From a virus (Duplodnaviria; Caudoviricetes), in the IMG/VR virus record IMGVR_UViG_3300007094_000038, positions 1-28,517 of that record: a DNA stretch of 28,517 nucleotides; one strand, given 5' to 3'. Numbering within the stretch: position 1 is the stretch's first letter; each line of letters opens with the position of its first letter. Below the pieces are notes generated by a model. The model was not told the DNA's origin. It ran no database searches and was given only the letters and a program-made list of their open reading frames with translations. Position numbers and translations under genes: made by a program. This document shows, one piece after another, positions 7,490 through 15,853 of the stretch.

Positions 7490-7673
7490 TACCCCTATTA
7501 GTTTGGACTACAAGAGTAGCAAAGAGCAAAACGCACCACTACCGGGTGAAACAAGAGTGCAAATCTCTTATTGGGAATCATTTAAATTAATATTGCTTGT
7601 CTTATTGTGTTTGTTGTTTAATGTAGGCTACCCCAATGACCATAGAACTGGAACTACCAAAGCCACATTCTAA
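7482..7673 (+). CDS. hypothetical protein with one TM helix
   Basis: FKLILLVLLCLLFNV hydrophobic segment; overlaps both neighbours. Confidence 0.5.
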   Translation: MNDTPISLDYKSSKEQNAPLPGETRVQISYWESFKLILLVLLCLLFNVGYPNDHRTGTTKATF

Positions 7674-8940
7674 ACAACAATTTTTGTTGGACAATCGTAA
7701 ACGCTTCAATGTGCTTAAATGTGGTAGAAGGTTTGGGAAAACAGAACTATGCCAAGAGTTAATACTTGAATCATTTGAAAAGGGGCAGTATGTTGGTTAC
7801 TTCAGTCCAACTTATAAGGATTTGTACGAGGTATGGAAAACAACCCTCAACAACTTTTACAATGTCATTAAATCAAAGTCTGAAACCATTAAGCAAATAG
7901 TTTTTGTCAATGGTGCAAAGGTTGATTTTTGGTCAATGGATGAGCCAAATAGTGGAAGGGGTAGAAAGTACCACCGGGTTCTGATTGATGAGTGCGAGAA
8001 AGCTTCAAAGTTCCAAGAGGCTTGGGAACAAGCAATATCACCAACCCTTACAGATTATGGTGGGGATGCTTATTTTCTTTCAACACCACAATTTGGTGAA
8101 ACATATTTTAAAAGGTTGTGCAAACAAGAAAATCAAATGCCCGAACAATGGAAAACCTTTGTTTATTCTACTTATGACAATCCACACATTGACAAGGCAG
8201 AAATTGAAATGATGAGGTCAATATTACCACCATTGGTTTTTCAATGTGAGTATTTGGCTGAAGATGTGGATAGCAAGGCAATGAACCCTTTCCTTTATGC
8301 TTTGACTGATGCACACTTTGATAATAATGTACAACTTGATTGGAAAAAACAATTGTATATTGGGATTGACTTTAACATTAACCCTTTTGCAGTAATCTTT
8401 GGAAATATTTACAAGGATGAGTCTGGTCTTCATATCAACATTGTTAACGAGATGTCCATTGACAACGGCTCTTTACAATTGATGGCACAAAGAATAAAAG
8501 CACTTTACAACCCTTTGCTCTTTAACTGCAAGATGACCGGTGATGCAATGGGCAACAATAGAAACATTGCAGTATCAGACAATGCCAGTAACTATGAAAC
8601 ACTAAGGAGATTATTGGGTTTAAGGAATGGGCAAATACAAGTAACAAGCAACCCAACACATGAAACCTCAAGGAATGATTTCAACTATTTATTGCACATA
8701 TCACAAGACAAAAGAAACCGTATATTTTTTAGAGTCAACCCCACAAACTGCCCCGGTCTTGCTCACGATATGCGAATGGTTCAATGTGATGCTGAAGGTC
8801 ACATAATGAAAGCCAACAGAAAGGACATAACACAAAAAGCCGACCACCTTGATTGTGCAAGGTATTTAGTTAATACATTTGTAAAAGCCGATATTGAAAG
8901 ACATCAAAAAACTAACTTTGGAAATATTAAATTCAAATGA
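7636..8940 (+). CDS. terL: terminase large subunit
   Basis: Walker A CGRRFGKT, Walker B VLIDE, coupling motif FLSTP, RNase H-fold nuclease IGIDFNINP and C-terminal DHLDCARY. Confidence 0.95.
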   Translation: MTIELELPKPHSKQQFLLDNRKRFNVLKCGRRFGKTELCQELILESFEKGQYVGYFSPTYKDLYEVWKTTLNNFYNVIKSKSETIKQIVFVNGAKVDFWSMDEPNSGRGRKYHRVLIDECEKASKFQEAWEQAISPTLTDYGGDAYFLSTPQFGETYFKRLCKQENQMPEQWKTFVYSTYDNPHIDKAEIEMMRSILPPLVFQCEYLAEDVDSKAMNPFLYALTDAHFDNNVQLDWKKQLYIGIDFNINPFAVIFGNIYKDESGLHINIVNEMSIDNGSLQLMAQRIKALYNPLLFNCKMTGDAMGNNRNIAVSDNASNYETLRRLLGLRNGQIQVTSNPTHETSRNDFNYLLHISQDKRNRIFFRVNPTNCPGLAHDMRMVQCDAEGHIMKANRKDITQKADHLDCARYLVNTFVKADIERHQKTNFGNIKFK

Positions 8941-9341
8941 ACTGCCAAAATTGTATAAAGGTTAATCCTTTGCCCAAATGCCTTGAGCCAAGTGGTCAAA
9001 TTCTTATTGATGGTATAAACATACCAACCTATTTGAACTCTGAAATATTTGTTGTCCTACATAATTACTCAAGTGATTCAACCATTATGTGGACTGCCAC
9101 AACTGATGGCAATGGTGACATCATTGAAACAGATGGAGTGCCAACCAATGGCTTGGACATATCAGAGGCATATGACTTAATGAATCACCACTACAAGTTT
9201 AAGTTTATGGACAAGCTTACACTTGAAACCATTGAGGTTGTTGTTGATGGTCAAACCGGTTGTTGCATTGACTTTAAGGTTGTGAATGGTTTGAGTGGTG
9301 ATGGGGTTTATCAACTATCATTACCAGTTTGCAATGGTTGA
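8937..9341 (+). CDS. hypothetical Cys-rich protein, possibly structural
   Basis: ATGA overlap with terL; MNCQNC...C...GCC...C; beta-strand-like composition. Confidence 0.6.
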   Translation: MNCQNCIKVNPLPKCLEPSGQILIDGINIPTYLNSEIFVVLHNYSSDSTIMWTATTDGNGDIIETDGVPTNGLDISEAYDLMNHHYKFKFMDKLTLETIEVVVDGQTGCCIDFKVVNGLSGDGVYQLSLPVCNG

Positions 9342-9675
9342 TATCATACTTGGCATAATTGTTTCATGCCTTATGTCCATTGGTGTTTATGTTGCCACCA
9401 CTTGGGATGCATCTGATTTGTTTGATGAAGACCCCAAGCAACATAGGATTAAAGGTTATCCCAAGCATCCAATGTTATTATGGTGGGTTAGGTGGTATGG
9501 CTCTTATTTGCCTTATCAGTTTAGAAAACCCTTGTATTTTTGTTTGCCTTGCATGGGGTCTTTGTGGTCAATTCCAAGCTTTGTATGGTTAGATTTGCCA
9601 TTGATTGCATTTCCATTCTTTGCCCTTTGCACTTGTGGTTTAAACTCCTTGATAAGATACAACCTTGATATATGA
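9334..9675 (+). CDS. membrane protein with CxxC motif (DUF1360-like)
   Basis: N- and C-terminal hydrophobic helices flank KPLYFCLPCMGSLW. ATG 9334 preferred. Confidence 0.6.
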   Translation: MVDIILGIIVSCLMSIGVYVATTWDASDLFDEDPKQHRIKGYPKHPMLLWWVRWYGSYLPYQFRKPLYFCLPCMGSLWSIPSFVWLDLPLIAFPFFALCTCGLNSLIRYNLDI

Positions 9676-9830
9676 AATACCAAAGGCTAAATGGTTTTCA
9701 TTATATCTTAAAAGGTAAAGACTGGTATGTTATGATTGCAAACAAGTGGTATAAATGCAGTCCACCAAGAGCAGATATTAAACTACCAATAATAATTGAA
9801 AATGATATTCAGAAAAAAGCAAAAGAGTGA
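9672..9830 (+). CDS. 52-aa hypothetical protein
   Basis: Not in ORF track. MKYQRLNGFHYILKGKDWYVMIANKWYKCSPPRADIKLPIIIENDIQKKAKE*; ATGA overlap with the upstream gene. Confidence 0.6.
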   Translation: MKYQRLNGFHYILKGKDWYVMIANKWYKCSPPRADIKLPIIIENDIQKKAKE

Positions 9831-10494
9831 AGACTCTGTTAAAGACCTATGGGTAAAACATAGGGAAGAGTTTTTAAAAATCTATGCCAAAGAAATTCCA
9901 CAAGGCGACAAACTCACAATGGAAAAGGCTTTGGTTGATTTGGATGGCAAGGTATATTATAGATTTACCGGTTCAACAACCATAATGCCATTGGAAAGAA
10001 TGGGCAAGATGCAAGATTTCTTAACCATGATGGGTGCCGGTCTTGATGCTTCAGAACTTGAGGCTTTGATTGATGTGGCAACCAATGAACTTGCTTTGGC
10101 ATTTGCCGGTAAGAAAGCAGATGTAACAAAGATTGGTGTGGTGCTAAATCAAATTAAAGAAAGACAATCCTTGATACTGCATGACCAGTTGATGTGGCAA
10201 TTTATGGCAGTTCAATTGGTGAGAGAGGATGAGCCTTCAGCAAGGTTTATACAGAAAATACATGATGAAAAGGTTGAAGCTTTGCAAGAACTTTATTACC
10301 ATAACGATGATTACTCTTTTTTTCACAATCCCGAATTGAGGCTTCTAAACGACTTGTTGAGGTTTTCACCCGAAGACTTGGCAACATACTTGCAGACCTC
10401 AGTTCGGGAGAGGGAAAGGTTAAAGAAAACGATTTCATTATTGCGTGGAGAGAGAGGGTTAGGCAAAGGCAAGAAGACCAAAGAATACACATAA
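9802..10494 (+). CDS. putative tail assembly chaperone (gpG equivalent)
   Basis: Lies just upstream of the tape measure gene and carries an in-register slippery heptamer T TTT TTT at 10317-10323. Confidence 0.65.
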   Translation: MIFRKKQKSEDSVKDLWVKHREEFLKIYAKEIPQGDKLTMEKALVDLDGKVYYRFTGSTTIMPLERMGKMQDFLTMMGAGLDASELEALIDVATNELALAFAGKKADVTKIGVVLNQIKERQSLILHDQLMWQFMAVQLVREDEPSARFIQKIHDEKVEALQELYYHNDDYSFFHNPELRLLNDLLRFSPEDLATYLQTSVRERERLKKTISLLRGERGLGKGKKTKEYT

Positions 10495-10643
10495 TGGTTT
10501 TGGTTGATGGGGATATAAAAAACTATGAGCAAATCCTTGCATCAACTTGTGAAACCTACCTTATTGCTTTGGCTACCTATGTGAAGAAAATCAAGTCTTT
10601 GCAACCTAAAAAAGATTCTCATATAAAAGTTAAAAAGGCTTAA
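10317..10643 (+). CDS. -1 frameshift extension of the chaperone (gpGT equivalent)
   Basis: The -1 frame is open from 10311 (just after a TGA) to TAA 10641-10643: FFSQSRIEASKRLVEVFTRRLGNILADLSSGEGKVKENDFIIAWRERVRQRQEDQRIHIMVLVDGDIKNYEQ...KVKKA*. Confidence 0.7.
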   Translation, partial: FFSQSRIEASKRLVEVFTRRLGNILADLSSGEGKVKENDFIIAWRERVRQRQEDQRIHIMVLVDGDIKNYEQILASTCETYLIALATYVKKIKSLQPKKDSHIKVKKA

Positions 10644-10685
10644 CTTTGTTACATGATAACTGATTTATAACCCTTACTTTGTGAC

Positions 10686-13600
10686 ATGGCAACTGAAGAT
10701 ATTATTATAAAATATAAAGCAGATGTAAGTGAGTTAGAGCAAGACTTGGGTAAATTGGTTGCATCACAAACACAACTTGCAAATGCTACCAAGCAGACAT
10801 CTGATGAGATACAAAAGAATACCAATAAGCAAAACGAAGCACAAAAGAAAAGGTTACAAAACCTCAAAGTTGATGTTGAAAGGCTGAAGCAAATAAGAGA
10901 GGAAAACAAAAAAGCATTTGACCCGGCTTTTCTTACTGGTTACAATAACAAACTAAACGAAACAAAATTTAGGCTTAATGAGGTTGGTGCCGGTGCTACC
11001 CAAGTTGGTAACAATACAGAAAAAGCATTTAATCAAATAACCAATAGCCTTAATAGAATTGCCGGTGCTTTTGGTATAGCCTTTTCATTGGAAGCAATTG
11101 TAAGCTTTACAAGGAATGCAGTAGAATCATTTGCAAGGGCTGAAAAATCAGTTGAAACATTAAGGGATACTATTGTTACCATTGGTGGGGAGTCAACAAA
11201 TGTATTTGAAGGGTTAAACCAACAAGCTGAAACATTAGGAAGGACAACCATTTTTTCAAGTGAGCAAATAAGACAAGCACAAGGCATATTGTCGGCTTTT
11301 GGTTTGACTGGTCAGCAAATTGATGAGTTGATACCAAAGCTTGTTGGATATGCAAAAATAACCGGTCAAGACATTGTTGGTGCTTCCCAATCTGTTGGAA
11401 ATGCCTTAAATGGTACTGGTAAGCAGTTCCAAAACTTGGGTGTGCAAATAAGCACAACAAAAACAGAATTGGAAAACTACAACGCCATATTGGAAGGCAC
11501 AGAAAAGTTTTTGGGTAAAGCAGACCTTGAGGCAGAAAGTATAAATGACCAGTTGCTTGAGCAAGAAAAAATTGCTTCAAGATTGGCAGACTTTGTGGGT
11601 GAACAATTGGCACCGGCTTGGCTTAGTGTTAAAAATGCAATCTTACAAGCTACTGCATCCCTATTGGGTTACAATGAACAATTGGATGATACAAGAGCAA
11701 TAGCCACAGAGTCAGCCCCACGAAATGTTGATGCTTTTATTAAAGACCAAAAGGAACTTGGCAAAACTGATGATGAGATTTTAAAAGGTTTATTGGACAA
11801 CCTAAAAAAATATGAAGATGCACTTGCAAAGAATGAGGTTGCATTGAATAGGCAAGTAAAGAATAAAGAGGCACTCAATGTAAAATTGCGTGAACAGATT
11901 GAAGCTGAAAGGGAACAAGCCGGAATAAATAAAATTGTTTATGAGGAAAACATCAAAGCCATAAAAAGTGGCATTGACAATCAAAAACAATTGATAAAGG
12001 ATAAACAAGATGAGTTGAGCCTTGACAAAATAAGAGCCAAGTCAACAAAGGAATTAAACCAGTATGTTGAGGAAAATGGCAATGTGAATAGGTCAGTAAT
12101 CAAATCAAATATAACCCTTATCACAAGGGAATTGGAAGAGAGGCAAAAGGCTGAAGAGAAAGCAAGGCAAGAGGCTGAAAAGACTGCTCAAGCAAGAAAG
12201 CAACTTTTAGAAGGTTTAAAAAATGAATTAAACCAAATACAAAGGGAATTAAGGACTGCCCCCATTGAATTGATAGAACCAAAATCTTTTGCTGAGGCAG
12301 TTGACAAGATTGAGCAAATAAGGGATTTGAACAAAGAGTTTGTTGATGAGGATATTAATTTAAAGATTGCCCAAGCCAAAGCAAACAACACTTTGACCAA
12401 AGAGGCAAAAGAATTGTTTGAAAGCATTAGGCAAGGCAGAAAGGATTTGATTGACCAAAAGAGTGCCAAAGAGATTCTTACACTTGAACAAACTACGGTT
12501 GATGAGTTAAAAAAACTAAAGGAACAAGCAAGAAGGCTTATAGCTGAAGGCAACATTTTAGAAATATCTAAACAGACAGAACAACAAGGGAAGCAATTTG
12601 AGAATATAATTAAGGACATTGAAAAGGGTATTGGTATTGCTCAAAGGGGTGAGGCAAAAAAGAATTTAGACCAAAGGTTAATATTGTTTAAACAAGCTTT
12701 GGATGAGGAAACACAAGCCAAGATTGATGAGTTAAACAAACAAGAGGAAGCAGAAAAGGATTCAGTAAAAGGTTTTGCCAATGCCACTCAAAGAAAAACC
12801 AATATCACCCTTGAGTTTGATAAGAAAAGAAAGGAAATAACTGACAATGCACAAAAGCAATTTGATGAGGCAGAGCAACAATACAATGATGCTCAAACAA
12901 AGCTTGGTCAAGGTGTATTGGATTTTGTCAGTCAAAATGCACAAGCATTGCAACAAGTTGGGGCAATACTTGGGGAGTTAAGCAATTTGTATGATGTATT
13001 TGCAGAAAAGAGGATTGAACAGATTGAGCAAATTAAACAAGCTGAAATTGATGCAATAGATGAGAGTTTGGCGAAAGTTGAAGAGGATTTGGAATTTAGA
13101 AGGATTACAGATGAACAAGCCAAATTACAAAAGCAACAACTTGAAGATGCAAAAGTAAAAGCTGAAGAGGAAGCACAGAAAAAGATTAGGGAAATAAAAA
13201 AGAAACAAGCCATATTGGATAAGGCAAATGCATTGTTTCAAATTGCTTTAAATACGGCTCAAGCTTTGGCTGATGTAAAAAATCTTACTTCGGGTGGTCT
13301 CTTAAGTGCTTTGATACTTGCATTAGCCGGTTTGCAAACTGCTACCGTACTTGCTCAACCAATACCATACCGGAAAGGTTCAAAAGATACTGGTTCAAAA
13401 GGACACATGGCAAGAGTAGGTGAAGAGGGTGAGGAAATAGTTTATATGCCAAGCCATTCAAAGGTGTTACCGGCAAGGCAGACAAAAGAATATAGTGAAA
13501 TATTGGATGCAATGTTTGACAACAACCTAAACAAATACATTGCAAAAACATATATTGCCCCGGCTCTTGAAAGGCAAAAGGTAGCTTATGAGAATGACAA

Positions 13601-13769
13601 ACAATCATCATTTGCAGAAAACATCAGCAAGTCCATTTACTACAATGGTGGTTTGAATGCAATAGATTTGGAAAGGGTTAGGAGAAAAGGGCAACCAATA
13701 ACAAATGTTGATGAGATAGCTAAAGCCATTGCATCCAAATTGCCAATGTATGACCCTTATAGGAGATAA
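10686..13769 (+). CDS. tail tape measure protein
   Basis: 1027 aa, mostly helical/coiled-coil; IAGAFGIAFSLEAIVSF...AE pattern, C-terminal hydrophobic ALILALAG segment and YRKG...ARVGEEGEEIV motif common at TMP ends. Confidence 0.9.
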   Translation: MATEDIIIKYKADVSELEQDLGKLVASQTQLANATKQTSDEIQKNTNKQNEAQKKRLQNLKVDVERLKQIREENKKAFDPAFLTGYNNKLNETKFRLNEVGAGATQVGNNTEKAFNQITNSLNRIAGAFGIAFSLEAIVSFTRNAVESFARAEKSVETLRDTIVTIGGESTNVFEGLNQQAETLGRTTIFSSEQIRQAQGILSAFGLTGQQIDELIPKLVGYAKITGQDIVGASQSVGNALNGTGKQFQNLGVQISTTKTELENYNAILEGTEKFLGKADLEAESINDQLLEQEKIASRLADFVGEQLAPAWLSVKNAILQATASLLGYNEQLDDTRAIATESAPRNVDAFIKDQKELGKTDDEILKGLLDNLKKYEDALAKNEVALNRQVKNKEALNVKLREQIEAEREQAGINKIVYEENIKAIKSGIDNQKQLIKDKQDELSLDKIRAKSTKELNQYVEENGNVNRSVIKSNITLITRELEERQKAEEKARQEAEKTAQARKQLLEGLKNELNQIQRELRTAPIELIEPKSFAEAVDKIEQIRDLNKEFVDEDINLKIAQAKANNTLTKEAKELFESIRQGRKDLIDQKSAKEILTLEQTTVDELKKLKEQARRLIAEGNILEISKQTEQQGKQFENIIKDIEKGIGIAQRGEAKKNLDQRLILFKQALDEETQAKIDELNKQEEAEKDSVKGFANATQRKTNITLEFDKKRKEITDNAQKQFDEAEQQYNDAQTKLGQGVLDFVSQNAQALQQVGAILGELSNLYDVFAEKRIEQIEQIKQAEIDAIDESLAKVEEDLEFRRITDEQAKLQKQQLEDAKVKAEEEAQKKIREIKKKQAILDKANALFQIALNTAQALADVKNLTSGGLLSALILALAGLQTATVLAQPIPYRKGSKDTGSKGHMARVGEEGEEIVYMPSHSKVLPARQTKEYSEILDAMFDNNLNKYIAKTYIAPALERQKVAYENDKQSSFAENISKSIYYNGGLNAIDLERVRRKGQPITNVDEIAKAIASKLPMYDPYRR

Positions 13770-13772
13770 TAA

Positions 13773-15554
13773 ATGACTTTTAATATTTCAGACAATAGTG
13801 AAATTGACATCTACATTACAGATGGATGGAGAGAATGGTATATTCCAAAATTCAGATTAAGGTGGACAATTGACAACCCAAATATTACTTTGTATTGGAC
13901 TGATACGGAAAATCCCGGTAATGGTATTACACGAAGCCTTACAATGGATTACAATGATGTGCTTTTTGGTTACATCACCCCATCAAGTGCATTTGAAATA
14001 CAAACCGTTTTAAATAGTTATATTGTTTCTGCTTGGGACAACATATATTTAAACTTTCAATATTATGTCCCTTATACCGGTGCTACAAACAATGTTGATT
14101 TGGGTGGGTATGGTTTAAATACTGATTTTGTTGCATTCAGTTTAAACCCATTCAACTCACCGGCTCCGGGTCAAATTGCTTATGATGGTTCAACTGGCTC
14201 TTTGACATATATGCTCAATAATTCCAATGTTGAAAGCAATATTGGTCAAACACTTCATGCCTATGTACACAATGCAGAAGGTTCAACCATTTATAAAGGT
14301 GATGCAGTTTATTTATACCAAGCTACTGGCAACAAGGCTTCGGTAAAATTGGCAAAGAATACATCAGACCAATATAGTGCCAAGACATTGGGGTTATGTG
14401 CTGAAGATATTGGGGCTGGTCAAAATGGTATGGTAATTTGTCAAGGTCAAATAAAGGGTGTTGATACATCCTTGTTTTCTGAAGGTGATACTTTATATCT
14501 TGCAAACACATTTGGTGATTTGACAAATGTCAAGCCATATGCACCGGAACACCTTGTTTACATTGGTGTTGTTGAGAAAGCCAATGCAAATGGTGAGATA
14601 TATGTAAGACCTCAAAACGGTTATGAACTTGCAGAAATACATGATGTGGATTTGATTACCACCCCACCAATTGCCGGTGATGTATTAACCTATGATGGCT
14701 CTTTGTGGATTGCCCAAGCCCCTTCAAGTGGTAGTGGCATAACATCATTAAATTCTGAAACCGGAACAAGCCAAACATTTGCAACTGGTTCAAGTGGTAC
14801 AGATTTTAACATTGCATCAGCTACCAATGTACATACATTCAACATACCAACTGCATCAGCAACAAATAGGGGTTTGCTTTCAACAAGTGATTGGTCAACT
14901 TTCAATAGCAAAGAACCGGCACTTACAAAGGGAAATTTGACTGAAGCAACATCATCAATATTAACCATTAGTGGTGGCACAAATGCAGTTATTGGAACTG
15001 GTACAACCATTCAAGTTGCTCAAGCCAATGGTTCACAAAGTGGATACTTGGCAAATGCTGATTGGTCAACCTTCAATGGCAAACAAGATTTGCTTGTAAG
15101 TGGAACTAATATAAAAACCATTAATGGCACAAGCATTCTTGGGAGTGGTTCAATTCCTATACCGGGTTACACTTTATCAGTTCAAGCCTTGACATCATCA
15201 CCGGTTGATGCTCAAACAATATACTTTGGAAATTTGCCAAAAGCACCGGTGACAACTGCAAACATCAGCAAGGTTTATATTCCAAAAAGTGGTACAATTA
15301 AGAGGGCAGAGATTTATTGTTATAGTGGTACTGCCGGAACAAACCAAGCTTGGAGTGGTTATATTAGGTTAAACAATTTAACAGATACTTTAATACAAAC
15401 TTTATCAGTTGCAACCAATGAGAGGGTTTTTAGCAACTCATCTTTGAGCATTGTAGTGGTTGCCGGTGATTACATTGAGATTAAATTTATCAATCCAACT
15501 TGGGCAACCAACCCTTTGACAACTATATTTGGTGGATATATATACATAGAATAA
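13773..15554 (+). CDS. tail fibre / minor tail protein
   Basis: Ser/Thr/Gly-rich. Fibre-type motifs NGYELAEIHDV, GDVLTYDGSLW, two DWSTFNxK repeats and LVSGTNIKTINGTSILGSG. Follows the TMP. Confidence 0.75.
   Translation: MTFNISDNSEIDIYITDGWREWYIPKFRLRWTIDNPNITLYWTDTENPGNGITRSLTMDYNDVLFGYITPSSAFEIQTVLNSYIVSAWDNIYLNFQYYVPYTGATNNVDLGGYGLNTDFVAFSLNPFNSPAPGQIAYDGSTGSLTYMLNNSNVESNIGQTLHAYVHNAEGSTIYKGDAVYLYQATGNKASVKLAKNTSDQYSAKTLGLCAEDIGAGQNGMVICQGQIKGVDTSLFSEGDTLYLANTFGDLTNVKPYAPEHLVYIGVVEKANANGEIYVRPQNGYELAEIHDVDLITTPPIAGDVLTYDGSLWIAQAPSSGSGITSLNSETGTSQTFATGSSGTDFNIASATNVHTFNIPTASATNRGLLSTSDWSTFNSKEPALTKGNLTEATSSILTISGGTNAVIGTGTTIQVAQANGSQSGYLANADWSTFNGKQDLLVSGTNIKTINGTSILGSGSIPIPGYTLSVQALTSSPVDAQTIYFGNLPKAPVTTANISKVYIPKSGTIKRAEIYCYSGTAGTNQAWSGYIRLNNLTDTLIQTLSVATNERVFSNSSLSIVVVAGDYIEIKFINPTWATNPLTTIFGGYIYIE
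14889..15083 (+). repeat. internal direct repeat in fibre gene
   Basis: GATTGGTCAACTTTCAATAGCAAA (14889-14912) vs GATTGGTCAACCTTCAATGGCAAA (15060-15083), 22/24 identical, encoding DWSTFNSK and DWSTFNGK. Confidence 0.85.
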
Positions 15555-15853
15555 TGAATTTACAAGCAAATCAAAGGGAGATAACCCCAATAGATATATG
15601 GTCACAAGGTTTTACCTATCAAGCAAATGTTTTGAAGCTTTGCCTTTATACTGGTTATGATTTTATTGCCTCACCGGGTCAAGTTCATTATGACTTAATA
15701 CAACATGAGGAAGATGTTGATGGCTCAATAATTGAAACGGTATTGGCAGAGGGCAACATACCTTTGACTTATCCATTGGTTGCCAATTGGGGTGCTGATG
15801 ACCAACCTATTTTTGATTATGTTGCACAAGAACTACAATTGACTTTGGTATAA
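15554..15853 (+). CDS. small acidic fibre-associated protein (possible fibre chaperone)
   Basis: TAATG coupling at 15554; C-terminal WGADDQPIFDYVAQELQLTL; position after the fibre gene. Confidence 0.55.
   Translation: MNLQANQREITPIDIWSQGFTYQANVLKLCLYTGYDFIASPGQVHYDLIQHEEDVDGSIIETVLAEGNIPLTYPLVANWGADDQPIFDYVAQELQLTLV

Noticed and set aside
11033-13611. Many antisense ORFs within the tape measure gene (and similar shadows in terL, GT and portal genes)
   Set aside because: Expected reverse-frame shadows of biased coding sequence; no motifs, promoters or coupling.
14889-15083. Repeat pair as diversity-generating retroelement TR/VR
   Set aside because: Only 24 bp, in-frame protein repeat, differences not confined to adenines, and no reverse transcriptase in the window.
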